Of a stretch of DNA of 64,000 nucleotides, positions 1 through 34,207 are shown one piece after another (positions within the stretch are counted from its first letter, which is position 1; each line of letters opens with the position of its first letter). A model generated the notes under the pieces. The model was not told where the DNA came from. It saw only the letters and a list, made by a program, of their open reading frames with translations, and searched no databases. Source of the stretch: Lytechinus pictus (lineage: Eukaryota); contig NC_087245.1 of the NCBI RefSeq assembly GCF_037042905.1, positions 23,686,001 to 23,750,000 of the forward strand. Reading direction: 5' to 3'. The position numbers and the translations under genes were made by a program.

Positions 1-815
1 TAAACAGTGTTTATCGGCGATAAACAGTGTTTTTCGGCGATAAACACTGTTTATCGAGAGAAACTGTGTTTTTCAGTCGATAAACATAGTTTCTCTCGAT
101 AAACAGTGTTTATCGCTTGATAAACAGTGTTTATCGCTCGATAAACAGTGTTTTTCGGCGATAAACACTGTTTATCGGCGATAAACAGTGTTTATCTGAA
201 TTATTGGTCAAACGGCGCGCCATAAGTGCGCGCCATTTGCCCAATAAATCAGATAAACAGTGTTTATCGCCGAAAAACAGTGTTTATCGCCGAAAAACAG
301 TGTTTATCGCCGAAAAACAGTGTTTATCGCCGATAAACACTGTTTATCAAGAGAAACTGTGTTTATCAGTCGAAAAACATAGTTTCTCTCGATAAACAGT
401 GTTTATCGCCGAAAAACACTGTTTATCGCCGATAAACACTGTTTTTCGGCGATAAACAATGTTTATCAAGTGATAAACACTGTTTATCGAGAGAAACTAT
501 GTTTATCGACTGAAAAACACAGTTTCTCTCGATAAACAGTGTTTATCGCTTGATAAACATTGTTTATCGCCGAAAAACAGTGTTTATCGGCGATAAACAG
601 TGTTTATCGAGAGAAACTATGTTTTTCGACTGATAAACACAGTTTCTCTCGATAAACAGTGTTTATCGGCGATAAACAGTGTTTTTCGGCGATAAACACT
701 GTTTATCGAGAGAAACTGTGTTTTTCAGTCGATAAACATAGTTTCTCTCGATAAACAGTGTTTATCGCTTGATAAACAGTGTTTATCTGAATTATTGGTC
801 AAACGGCGCGCCATA
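1..815. mobile_element. Foldback/MITE-like element(s) with ...GGCGCGCCATA termini, filled with ~20-bp palindromic monomers (GATAAACAGTGTTTATCGCC)
   Basis: The same end TCTGAATTATTGGTCAAACGGCGCGCCATA finishes at 224 and at 815. An imperfect inverted counterpart GCGCGCCATTTGCCCAATAAATCAGA starts at ~228. The interior is a tandem array in both orientations. Confidence 0.7.
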
Positions 816-834
816 GCCGTACGTCGAGTCGAAA

Positions 835-1115
835 ACAAAGAATACACAAGAAATTATAATGAGCCAATCATCGAATAAGCACGATTGTCCTATCACGAAC
901 CAATCTTGTCCAATTTTTTGTGCAACCTGGTTTTGACATTGAGAATTCAAACTCATCTTGCTCATTAATGAGTGAAGTGTTTGTCTCATATTAGGTATCA
1001 AAATAAAGAGGAGTAATTGAATTATATGATTATGCAAATAAAATATCACAATTTACTTGCCTTTGAAGAATAAAGACATGGGAATCCCGGTTTCCTTTTT
1101 CCTGGGACGCACTGT
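835..1115. mobile_element. Tc1/mariner-like MITE fragment (right part)
   Basis: Ends GGTTTCCTTTTTCCTGGGACGCACTG. Interior is similar to 7560-7775, whose element begins TACAGAGCGTCCCACAAAAAAGGAAACC. Confidence 0.5.
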
Positions 1116-2407
1116 GTAAGGGGGCGTCGAAAAGACAGAGCATATACACAGTTGCTGTGCCTGCCCCATACGAATTTATGAAGTTGTAGTCGTCTTCTCT
1201 AGCGAAGGACGAACAATATCGTCATCATCATCATCATAATGGAGGTGTAAGAATTGCTCACATTTTGATATATAATCATAACACCTCTTTAAACAAGTCA
1301 GTAACAAGATTTTCACACCCCCAAATATATTTAAAAGTAATAAGCCTTCATGTTCTGTCTTCATTTTTTTTATGCTAAAGCACCCCCCATAAAAAAAACA
1401 TCCTCCAACATGCCCAAGGCGAGTTTAAACAACCTGCCAATGCATAACCATTGTACCGAAAAAAATGTAGAGAACCTTTGAAAGGAATGTTTACTTTTTA
1501 TCATACATAATTATATAATACAAATTGAAGAATATCACAATCACTTTACAACTAAAAAATCACCAAATATTTACAGTGCCCTGCATTAATATCATATTAA
1601 CATGAAAAAGGAAAATTCGAATCACCCCTCACATTACAGGGTTATGCAAAGCTAAAAATAACAATCGGTCATAGTGAAATACAGTATATCATTCAATCTG
1701 ATTCATTTTTTCATTTGATTCATTTCTGCGACTTTTTCATTAAAAATAACCAAAAAATAATAATAATAAATACAATCAACAGAGTAGGCCTGAGTCACAT
1801 ATTTGATTCTTATCAAAGAGATGGTTTTAAAAAGGTGTTTCTAATTACAAGCAAAACAAGAAACAAAGTTGTATTTTCTATAACATATCGATTAAAAAGG
1901 ATGCAGGAGTTGCCATTATAAGCTAAGCTTAACTGCGTGACGACCCAATATTAGAAATTATAAAATCCATTGTGTCAATAGCTGATGCAGAAAAAAAATT
2001 ACTTTAAGCCAACATGGTGTGGGGTTTGAAAATAATATAGTCTATGGGGGAAATCAATGTTCAACAGAAGATGGGAATGACACAAGCCCAATCACACATT
2101 AAACAGAACAAACGAAGATGAAGAACTAATTCAGGAACACAGCTAAATGGAACTGAACTCGATAAAGTCTGGTAGTGCACTGTTTTATTAGAGGGCTGCT
2201 TAGACACATCAGAACTCAAATCATATCCTACAATTTACATATATTCAAATTAAGTAAAGTTAACCAATCAAAATAAAAGGATCGGAGGAACCAACTAAAA
2301 GTGTAGGAGTCAAATTCATACAAATAACCAATGAGAGAGAGAGTGTATGAAGATGAACAAGATGCTGGGATGATCATATGATAAAAAAAGTTGAACAAAG
2401 GGATCTG

Positions 2408-2576
2408 GGGGCCGTTTCATAAAGCTGTTCGTACGTTAAGAGCGACTTTAAGAACGACTGGTGACCCTTTCTTACGCGCTTAACCATCGCCATTGAATAT
2501 ACAATTTACCATAAGAAAGGATCACCAGTCGTTCTTAAAGTCGCTCTTAACTTACAAACAGCTTTATGAAACACCA
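2408..2576. mobile_element. Palindromic MITE
   Basis: GTTTCATAAAGCTGTTCGTACGTTAAGAGCGACTTTAAGAACGACTGGTGA is matched by an inverted copy at ~2522-2573. Confidence 0.7.
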
Positions 2577-2820
2577 ATCAGATGTGGGAATGTAAATGAA
2601 TGAACACATCTGATTTGGAAAATAATGACAAGAGAGGCAGGTTGAAGGTCAATTGGAAATGGATGACAACAGAAGCATCAAGAATGTAAACAAGGCTGAA
2701 CTAAAATACCAAAGCTAGAACGGTAAATAACAAATCTATATGAGGAACCCAAATGACAAAATAACAGTCCAACATAATCATCCTTCTTTCAAAATCTTGT
2801 CCTCAATTTTAAAAGCTTAA

Positions 2821-3405
2821 AGGAGAATGAAACCTTTGGAACAAGATGGCTTGTGTGAAAACATAAAAATCAAAGAAACAGATCAACGAAAGTTTGAAAA
2901 AAAATCGGACAAATAATGAGAAAGTTATGAGCATTTGAATATTGCGATCACTAATGTTAAATATAGATCCTCAAATTGGCAATGCGACAAAGATGTGTGA
3001 TGTCACTTGTGAACAACTCTCCCCATTACTTTAGTATATATTTCACTTAAATTGCCTCTTTTATCACATCTATCATAGATCATGTGTTCGTTCTATAGGA
3101 GGGCATGTAATACAGACTTTTAAAGAATACATCATGGATAGAGTTTGTATCACCATAAGAAACAGCAAAAAGACACATTTTGAGGGTATTTCATAGTCCA
3201 TCAAAGGGAAAGTTGTTCACATGTGACATCACACATCATTGTCGCATTGCCAACGAGAGGATCTCCATAGCATTAGTGATTTCAATATTCAAATACTCGT
3301 AACTTTCTCATTATTTGTCCGATTTTTCTCAAACTTTCTTTGTTCTTATTCTTTGATTTTTCTGTTTCGACACAAGCCTACTTGTTCCAAAGGTTTCATT
3401 CCCCT
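2821..3405. mobile_element. Non-autonomous Kolobok-like DNA transposon (family A)
   Basis: TTAA|AGGAGAATGAAACCTTTGGAACAAG ... CTTGTTCCAAAGGTTTCATTCCCCT|TTAA, with long imperfect TIRs. A TTAA TSD with purine (AGG) termini fits Kolobok rather than piggyBac. Confidence 0.8.
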
Positions 3406-4247
3406 TTAAATTCAAGAAAAATGAATTGGATTATCTGTACTCTACCATATTTTTAAGTTTGTGACATTATAATACATATAACTATTTTAAAAGAAATAAC
3501 TAAACTCATTTAGGTAATAAATCAAATCGGACATTTGTATCCTTTTATTTTGTTGTGTAAATATTTTACAAGACAAAGTTTGAAATGAATTTTATACTAA
3601 AGTTACTGAGATTTTTTTTCTTTTAACAGGAAACGTCAGTTTTGGGGGCCAATATAAAAGTTTTTATTTTTATTTTTTGTGGGGTCTACCCCATAGGTTC
3701 TCACCATACAGGGGCCTTTAAACAGGGTAGTGGAACGGTTTTGAAAATGGCGTTCGGTCTCTCATGCAAAAAATTGGTTGGTCACTTTTTTCGTTTCTGT
3801 ACACGAAAAAAAATCGAGACAGCCCCCTCCCGTTCAGCGGCCCCTGCTTAAGCTGGCCCCTCTCGCCGTGAAATTCGACGAAAAGGGATGTCAGCGTCCT
3901 TATTAAACATCATGTTTTATTAAGTAGTGTAGGCCTCCGGCGACGAGAAGATCTTGCAATACCAAGCAAAATGATTGTTAACGAAATTAAATTCTCCTTA
4001 TTAGGTATTTTCAAAGGAATTCTGGAAAGCCTTGTGCACGCACACGAACAAAAATCTTCCCTTTTGATGTTCATGGAGGAGAAATTTCAGGAGGAAGTTC
4101 ATGCTGTCAAAAATAAAGCTTTTGCTTCATTTTATAGCAATATAAAGTGTGTCCCAGAAAAAAAATAAAGCCGAGATTTATCGACGATTAATCATAAATA
4201 CATCACAAATAGGCATATTAAAAATTTCCCTTTCACCTAGTATTTAA

Positions 4248-4829
4248 AGGGATGGTCCGGGCTGAAAATATTTATATCTTAATACATAGAGTAGAATTCA
4301 CTGAGCAAAATGCCGAAAATTTCATCAAAATCGGATGACAAATAACAAAGTTATTGAATTTTAAAGTTTAGCAATATTTTGTGAAAACAGTCGTCATGAA
4401 TATTCATTAGATGGGCTGATGATGTCACATCTCCACTTTCCGTTTTCTTATGTTATTACATAAAATCGTATTTTTTTCATTATTTCATACTTGTGTGAAT
4501 AATATGTATCTCTTATAATGAAATAAGTTGCAGCAATAGATATCTAATGCACTAAATCAATTGTCAATCCAATTTTTTGAGTTCTTGGAGGAAAAAATTT
4601 GAATAAACCTAATTTCATATAATAAATTACAAAAGAACAAGTGGAGATGTGACATCATCAGCCCACCTAATGAATATTCATGACGACTGTTTCCACAAAA
4701 TATTGCTAAACTTTAAAATTCAATAACTTTGTTATTTGTTATCCGATTTTGATGAAATTTTCGGCATTTTGCTCAGTGAATTCTATTCTATTTGTTAAGC
4801 TATAAATACTTTCAGCCCGGACCATCCCT
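4248..4829. mobile_element. Non-autonomous Kolobok-like DNA transposon (family B)
   Basis: TTAA|AGGGATGGTCCGGGCTGAAA ... TTTCAGCCCGGACCATCCCT|TTAA, with ~190-bp TIRs. Confidence 0.85.
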
Positions 4830-5426
4830 TTAAGAAGAATCCTCATACATGCATTAGTGGGTAAAAAGTGAAAACTATTTGAGGAAAGGATAACAAGTTA
4901 CTTGTCGGAGGGGGTGTTTGAATTTCAAAAAAGAAAATTACACGTCTATCTCAATCACAGCAAATGGTCAGGAAATATTCTGTGACTTCAGTCTCTTTAT
5001 TTATTATATTTTCTTAATTTCATTAAAAAAAGATGTGATTTTAACAGATTCCGTACCATGCATCACCCGGTTAGCACAAATTTTTCTTTATGCATTGCTG
5101 ATCGTCAACAAATTTTCAAATCAGCTAAGTCCGACAGCTAGCCTGAAAAACGTCGTCATATCATAAAATGATTGAAATTCAAGCATTAATTTCAATAAAC
5201 AGAACTTATTATTTCGTCACCATTTTCTATCATTGAGGTGTCAAATTAAAGAGCAGTTATTGAACTTATGATAATGAGCTCAAAAACGATGAAAGGAATA
5301 CAATTTCTTCACCCTATGTGCCATGTATCTATGAAATATTAGGAGAAAAATTAGGAATATGAATCACAGTAAACCTCTATCTTGAAACATGCACACATTT
5401 TTCCCACATGGAACCAGTATGTTAAC

Positions 5427-5714
5427 CAGGGTCCTGTCTTACAAAGATTTGCGATTGATCCAATCAACCTCAACTATGAAAAGCCAGCAATGTAAACATC
5501 TAAAGTGCATGTTTGTTCAAAATATTTCTTTTTAGATATGATGAATATTAATACATTTATCATTTCCTTAAAAATTCAAATGGATTGTAACCCTATCCAT
5601 TGCTTACAAAGGATATTGTGTAAATTTCCTGTAGGAAAAATAATGGCATTGATAGATTTACATGTAGTTGAGATTGATTCGATCAATCGTAACTCTTTGT
5701 AAGACGGGTCCCTG
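5427..5714. mobile_element. MITE with ~35-bp imperfect TIRs
   Basis: CAGGGTCCTGTCTTACAAAGATTTGCGATTGATC ... GATCAATCGTAACTCTTTGTAAGACGGGTCCCTG. Confidence 0.65.
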
Positions 5715-5883
5715 AACTACACATTGATGTCCCAATATAAGAGCTTCATATCTTCTTTACATAATTATATTTTTTGCAATATCAATGTCCCAGACTGCTA
5801 ATTCTTTCGAGTCGGGACCTAATACGAGTAGACCGAGATAAAGAGACTGTTTTTATTCAGATCAGACATTGACAGTCACGTGT

Positions 5884-5889
5884 TTTATT
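5884..5889 (-). promoter_or_regulatory. Candidate polyadenylation signal of the EGF-SRCR gene
   Basis: AATAAA on the minus strand ~425 nt after the stop codon, with a second one near 5852-5857. Confidence 0.4.
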
Positions 5890-6313
5890 TGATTAGGTAA
5901 CCGATGAAGAGCGTATTTTAGCATCCACTTCGCAGACGCTTTCTGCAACGTTCAGAATCTATTGAAAATGTCCATCATGGACAGCTAGATTAAAGGTCCA
6001 TGTCGAAAGATGGTGGACAGGGAAATCACATCGTCTTAAGTTTCGGATCGGACAAAAACATGTCGTTTGTCAAGAGTCCTGGACAACTCTGCTGTTTAGA
6101 GTCACCGATTTTCGACAAAGGTCTCTTTGTTGAAGGGCTTTTGACGGAAGATTCTCTGCGTTATAGAAAGTGTCTGCGAAGTGACTGCTTAAATGCCCTC
6201 TTGCTCTTGTAGGTCCATGTTAAGAGTTTGTATGGGTGGATCAAAGCTCCTATATGCAAGAATGTGTGGACCATTCCAACACCTGCTACGTTAATTGCTA
6301 GCAGGCCCTGAAT

Positions 6314-27734
<21,421 letters not shown>

Positions 27735-28073
27735 TTTGGCGATCACGGAGCAGGTCGAGAGAATCGATATCCGTCACTCATATGAACAGATCATCGAATA
27801 ACAAGCTCCTACCGTAACGCACTCATTATCATAATTATGAAGTCTTCTAGCGCACCGACCAAATACTAGTAGCTGATGAACGGACCGGGACAATAAATGC
27901 ATAATTTACACCTCGTTTGATATTTCCTCAATCATAAACTGGAACATTTCCCGCGCCGGCTTGGTAAAACGAGAATGAATATTGAGACATTGATTTCAAT
28001 GCATAATTATAAACTTACAAAAATAAATCTTCTAAAATGAAACTTTTCCCAATATTTGGTTGAAAGTTTTGTG

Positions 28074-28415
28074 TGGAGGTGTCGTTGTGTAGTGGGTCAG
28101 TCACTTCACTCTTAAAGCAAGGGTCGAGGGTTCGAATCCCACCCGGCGCTAATGTCCTTTGGCAAGGCACCTATCAAAGTTTACCACTCTACCCGGTAGC
28201 ATGTGGACGTCAATGCGATAACATTAGCATGTGTGCACCGATAAATTAACGGTTGCCTGGCCAGGATACTCCCCAGGGAGTGGAGGTGGTGCAGTTTATT
28301 TGTGGAACAGTGATGGATCCTGTGGCCGGGGTAATAATTATTAAAATGTAAAGCGCTTAGAAACACATCGCTATATAGATCTAAATGTAACTATCATTAT
28401 TCATTATTATTATTA
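28074..28415 (+). mobile_element. tRNA-derived SINE with L2-like tail
   Basis: B box GGTTCGAATCCC. Shares CCTTTGGCAAGGC, CTCCCCAGGGAGTGGA and CCGGGGTAATAAT blocks with 62131-62470. Tail TGTAAAGCGCTT...(ATT)n. Confidence 0.8.
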
Positions 28416-29763
28416 AAGTGAACGGAAACAGGAGTGGCACCAGGATCTTTCGATAAGGAGGGGGCAAGACCAATTAAAGGTGGCGGGGTATTACAGAGGC
28501 AATATCCAAACATCTTATCCCATTCTCTTCTTTACTTTGTCTTCTCCTATCTTCTCCCTTCTTTTTTCTCAATTTTTCTCCTCTTGAAAAATCATTGGGG
28601 GTGGTTGCTCCCCCCATCTCTCCATTGTGCGCCGAATATTTAAAACATTGGTGAAGACTGACAGTCACTAGTTAAAGCATATCCTTAACAATGTTATCAT
28701 GTTGATCAGAGTATGCCCAGAAGGGATTACAGGGGTAGGTAGGTGGGGGGAGACGGCCAACTATCGATATTCAGGTAATGCTCCCCCTCCCCCCCCCCCC
28801 CCAACAAAAAACGAGGTGAAGAAAGGGGAGAAAACGGACGAAAACAGCAGATGAGTATAAAAAAAGAGGTCTGGAGTATTCCCCCATCACAATATTCCAT
28901 TATTTAATCAAGAAAAAAAATATGTCACATCCAGCTCGTCTGGACCCACCCCCCCCCCTCAATAAATGCTGGCACCGCCACTGCTTTCCACAGTCAAGAA
29001 TCATCAGGACTGTTTCTTTTTTTTCTTACCGACTTACAGATGCCAAGCCCTTTTAGCTTTATCAATATTCGTTTTAAACTAAGAATTTAATTATTGATTT
29101 GAAAATAATAATTTAAGAAAATATTCCCAAAATAAATGGGTATACGCTGGCTAAATTAAGGGGACCATTTGTCATCTGACAGCTAATATTATAGATAGTT
29201 GAATATTTGAGCTTCTTATCCAATCACAAACTGGGAGGGATATAAGAATCCAGTTTCAAAAAGACTTGTTATAATGACATAATATGCACAATATCTCTAA
29301 TAAGTTCACTCTCAGGCAATCAAATCAAATTATTGCAAATTTGTTATTATAACCGTTTTTATGTAATGAGCCCCTGATCAGACGACAACAAAACGTTCTC
29401 ATGGCTTAACAGCCCCAAGTTGGAACGATCATAAAGGTACACCGTACAACAATATCATTTTCAATTACGTTTTGAAAAAAAATATCAAAACGTTATTTGA
29501 TAATTTACATATTCTACATGTATAATAAAAGAGGAATCCTTTTAGCCAGACTAGTTTGCAAAAAGAAAATTGAAAGTTCCCGCGTGTGTATAATTTACTG
29601 GTTGCTACGTGACCAAACCAAAATGATGATTGAAACTGAAGTGACATGAATGGAAGGAGTGATGGATATGCTCCAAATGACGCCGCTGAAATTCATAGTC
29701 ACAAGCTTTCATAATGATTTAATTTATCTACTTAGGGATAGAGAGAAACGAAGTGTTTTCATT

Positions 29764-30125
29764 GGTTGCACTTCGTAATTCCGAAACACGTAAATTGCCT
29801 ATACCTCGATGTTCGTTAATCTGAAAACGAAAAAGGGTTCGTTAATCCGAACATTTGTGGCGTTTTTCCGAAGGTAGGGTTCGTTAAAGGGGTTCGTTAT
29901 TCCGAAGGTTCGTTAATCCGAAAAAATGAAATAATCTGTGGAGTACTGGAGTTGCTGGGGAAACCGAAAGGACAAGTGTGGTTGTAGGGCAGTGGCGTAC
30001 CTAGGATTTTCCACAGGGGGGGGGGGGGCAAAATCGGCCGCCAAAAACTTTGACAAGCAAAAAAAAAAAAAAAAAAGGTCTTCAATAACAAAATTTAGGT
30101 TTTCGTACCAGAAAAAAATTTGACA

Positions 30126-30162
<37 letters not shown>

Positions 30163-31688
30163 TCTTCAGGCTCTTCAGGGGGGCATTAAAGGTCTTCAAG
30201 TTCGTCAGGGGGGCAAAAAAGGTCTTTTAAGCTCGTCAGGGGGGGGGGACAGGTATATGTCTTTTGTATGGGTTGTGGCTCGTCAGGGGGGGGCAGAGTG
30301 CCCCCTCTGCCCCCCCCCCCCCGTAGGTACGCTAGTGTTGTAGGGGGTGGTTGTAGAAACACCGTTGCTGTTCAATTGCTATGAGGGTGGGAAGGCAGGG
30401 GCGGCAGAACGTATTTTCCTTTGGGGGGCAAATAAAAAACACTTATAAGTCAAAATGGGCATTTACATGTAAGTGATATTTTCACCATGAGATTATCATC
30501 TGCATGAAGTCTTTGTGTGTTTTGAAGTAATTCAAGTTGAGCAAAGCCTTTTAAAAGTGATTTCTGATTATTATTACAAGATATATGCTAAGGTTTTTTT
30601 TTTACGCAGTTCGGAAAAATGTTCAAATCTGAAGTTCTAAAACTCGCTTTTGGTCAATAATGGGGCTAATTAAGCCTTACTGTTAAAAGGACATCCTCGC
30701 GAGATGTTGCGAGCGCTAATCGTACTGGCTCAAACTTTTGGACAAACTTTTTAATAAGAAATGAAAATTAAATATTCCAATCAGTTCTTGTAATCATAAA
30801 AAAGATGTGTATCTAACTAAAGAATTAACGCGAGGGCGAAGCGCGAGCTGGAATTTTTAAGATACTGACCAGAAATGGAACCTGGTAAGGACGACATTTT
30901 GTGACTCATGAATATTATATTAACCAATCGAATAATGCGAGCACGAAGCACGAGCTGAAAATTTATGATATTCCAACCTGAAAACTGGACAATCCAAGCA
31001 TTTTTATAACCAGAAGCAGGGTGAGTACCTTATTACATAATAACTTAAACGAGCGCGAAGCGCGAAAAAGGGTGATTTCCTAACCTAAAATGTATTAGGT
31101 TGTACTTCAAAAGGGCATTTAATTTCGGAAAAGGGTACATTTCAGTTTGAAAAAAGAGGCATTTCCCATTTTGAAAAAGGGGCTTTTTTTTCCTACGGGT
31201 TTTCTTTTTTATCATAACCTGCATAAGCTGGTGACACCTCTTCCCCAAAAAATCCCATTATCTAGGGGTAATTCACATATGACCAACACACAGTCCCCAA
31301 CATTCTTAATCCATTCTCTCTGGCACCAATTGCTCAGAAAAAATAGAAATTAAGATGCTTGATCTACGCGCCACATGCTTTGACCACCATATACACATAT
31401 ATCATCCACCATTGAAACTATTATTACATAATATCCTGTTATTTTTTAATTACAACGCCGTGTTTGTTACTGAAATGAATTAATTTCATTTTCGGAAAAA
31501 CGAACCATATTTCATTTTCGGACTATCGAACCTTCGGGTTAACGAAGCTTATTTCGTTTTTGGAATAACGAACCTTTGGAGTAAAGAACATTATTTCGTT
31601 TTCGGATGAACGAACCTTCGGAATTACGAAACTTCGGAATATTCGAACCTTCGGAATGAAGACCCTTCAGAATTACGAATGTAACCCA
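29764..31688. mobile_element. TIR element with subterminal TTCGTTAATCCGAA repeats, containing nested insertions
   Basis: Left GGTTGCACTTCGTAATTCCGAA plus repeats (29764-29925); inverted repeats at 31490-31688 ending TTCAGAATTACGAATGTAACCC. Confidence 0.6.
29990..30337. mobile_element. hAT-like MITE
   Basis: TTGTAGGG|CAGTGGCGTACCTA ... TAGGTACGCTAGTG|TTGTAGGG; perfect 8-bp TSD. Confidence 0.85.
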
Positions 31689-32335
31689 TTTTGATGAACA
31701 ATAGACAATGGGTATACCTAATACATTCGACACATGTTGATTAGGGTTTTCAACGCTCTCAAGAAATATTCATTTAATTTTATGACTGAAAATTATTTTG
31801 GCCCATTTTTTCTCGGTAATGGTGCCAGGGGCGGCGAGCCAGGTGGGCCGGGGCACAGTGCTCCCACTTTTTGAAGCACTAAAAAGTGTCCTTTTTGCGC
31901 AAGAAAAAATGCCCCTTCACGAACGTGTCCTGTGCCCCTTTCACCTGAGGAGGACCCGTTTTATGTGTAGTCTCAAAATTGCCTTTTCTTCATATCAGAT
32001 AACTTTTCCTCAAAAGTAAACCCACTCTTTATGTGCCCGATGAGCGCCCGGTTTCTTTATTTAGCGTTCTGCTTCCTTTTGCATGTACATCCTTTCTTCA
32101 CATCTGTGTCGTACAGATAGGGGCGGGGGGATCTCCCCCTCCACATTTTTCACGACCAAGAAAAGGATAAGACAAAAGGAACGAGAGAAGGGTGAAATAT
32201 GATATCATTTTCTAAATATTAAGTCAAAATCTATCACAAAATTTGATTTTTGTAATGAAAATATATGGGTGGAATTGTATCAACACTATCAAAACTATTA
32301 TTCGGTAATGGGATAATGATTTTTTGCTTTATAAG

Positions 32336-32609
32336 CAGTGCGTAATGAGCAAAAAAAAATTGAGGGGGCTAGATATGGCGTATCGCGTAAAATTGATTTT
32401 AAAAATGCACGCGAGAGAGGCAAAAAAGTAGGCATTTTTATTACAAAATAATAAAATTTCGTGATATACTTTTACATACTTTTCAGAAAATAATTATCAT
32501 ATTTCGCCCTTTTCTCTTTCTTTTTCTTTTTTTTTCTTGGTCGTGATTTTCTTCTCTATTTTTTTTTTTTTTTTTGGGGGGGGGAGTCCCACCCCCATTT
32601 ACGCCAGTG
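32336..32609. mobile_element. hAT-like MITE
   Basis: TTTATAAG|CAGTGCGTAA ... TTACGCCAGTG|TTTATAAG; perfect 8-bp TSD. Confidence 0.8.
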
Positions 32610-33317
32610 TTTATAAGCTAACGTTAAGCTGAACAAAAGAATTACCTTACAAGTACGATAAATAAACTGAAATAGGGTCAGCTAGAAGTATTTGTTGTAA
32701 CAACAAACCATCTAGCGTGATGAAATCATTCAACTGCTAAATTAAATTCAGTGGTGCATTCATATTCGCTATTCTATTGTCATGTTACAGGCTGTTATTA
32801 TGGAGCATGACATGATTAATTTGCCGTTTCATCCTTGTATTGGTTAATATTACCTTTAGTCAAAATACTCTCGTTTACTTCACCTAGGGATTGATACCTG
32901 TTACACCAGTCTCGAAAGTTTGACCACGCGAATTTCTAATGAATAATTCAAGTCAGTAATTTATTTCTCATTGAACAATATAAGCATTGGACAGAAAATC
33001 GACTTCCAGCTTAAAGGTAAGGACCGCCACGACGCTAAGTTTGTGTTATTATCATTGTTGTTATTAGTATAGCCTTATTATCATTAATATTATTATTATC
33101 ATTATGATTATTATGATTATTAGTAGTAGTATTGCTACCATTATTATAATATTTTTTAATTATCATTATTATTAAAATTATAGTATTATTAATATTATTA
33201 TTATTATTACTATTATTATTAGTAGTAGTAGTATTATTATTATTATCATCATCATCATAATTATTATTATTACTTTCATTATTTATTCCTCCCCCCCCCC
33301 CCACCCTTTATCAAATC

Positions 33318-34119
33318 CAGTGGCGTAGACAGGTTCGTACACCTGGGGGGGATGACTGGGCTGCCAACGCTAGCGAGGGAGCGAAGCGACCGAGCGGGGG
33401 GAGGGTGTGGGAGGGGGGTGTCCCCCCTCCCACGGTAGGGAGCTTTTGCAATTTTGAACTTGAAATCGTGCAATCTGATGCATACTTAATGAGGTAAAAT
33501 AACACACACAAGCGCGCACGCACACACACACATACTCACCCCCCCCCACACACACACACACACACACGGGTGCGCGCACCACACACATACTACGCCTTGA
33601 ATGGACAGACATACATCGACAAGATCTACACACCGTGGCATACGAATACAGAATGGACTGACACAAAGTATTGCATATTGAACCACACTACGTATTTATT
33701 TATCTCTGTGAATTTTGCTGTTACACCTCTTCAGAAAAAAAAAACAATGTCAACTGTGTAAACGCAGGTATAGTCTTTGTTGATATGGGTATGTGGTTAT
33801 GAATGAAAACAGCCTCTGTGGCCATTTGTGAATAGAACACATAAACAACAAACAAATAACAATATGTCTGTTCATTATAAAGCATAATGAATACGTACAT
33901 ACTATGCTTTTTTTACCTCAAAGAAACAGGCATAGTATCCATAGATGGATATTGGCTGGCGGCTCATTAACATACAGATACAAAAAACATAAACAGTATC
34001 ACTATGATCCATGGAGTAACAATACTGCTCTGTAAGTTTGTGAAGAAATCGGAACCATAACGGCATTGCATCGTTTCAAATTAGGGCATTATTTACTTCT
34101 ATTTGATCTCAGTCTTATA

Positions 34120-34207
<88 letters not shown>

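Noticed and set aside
1..815. CRISPR-like array of palindromic repeats
   Set aside because: Monomers are directly adjacent with no unique spacers, there are no cas genes, and the context is eukaryotic.
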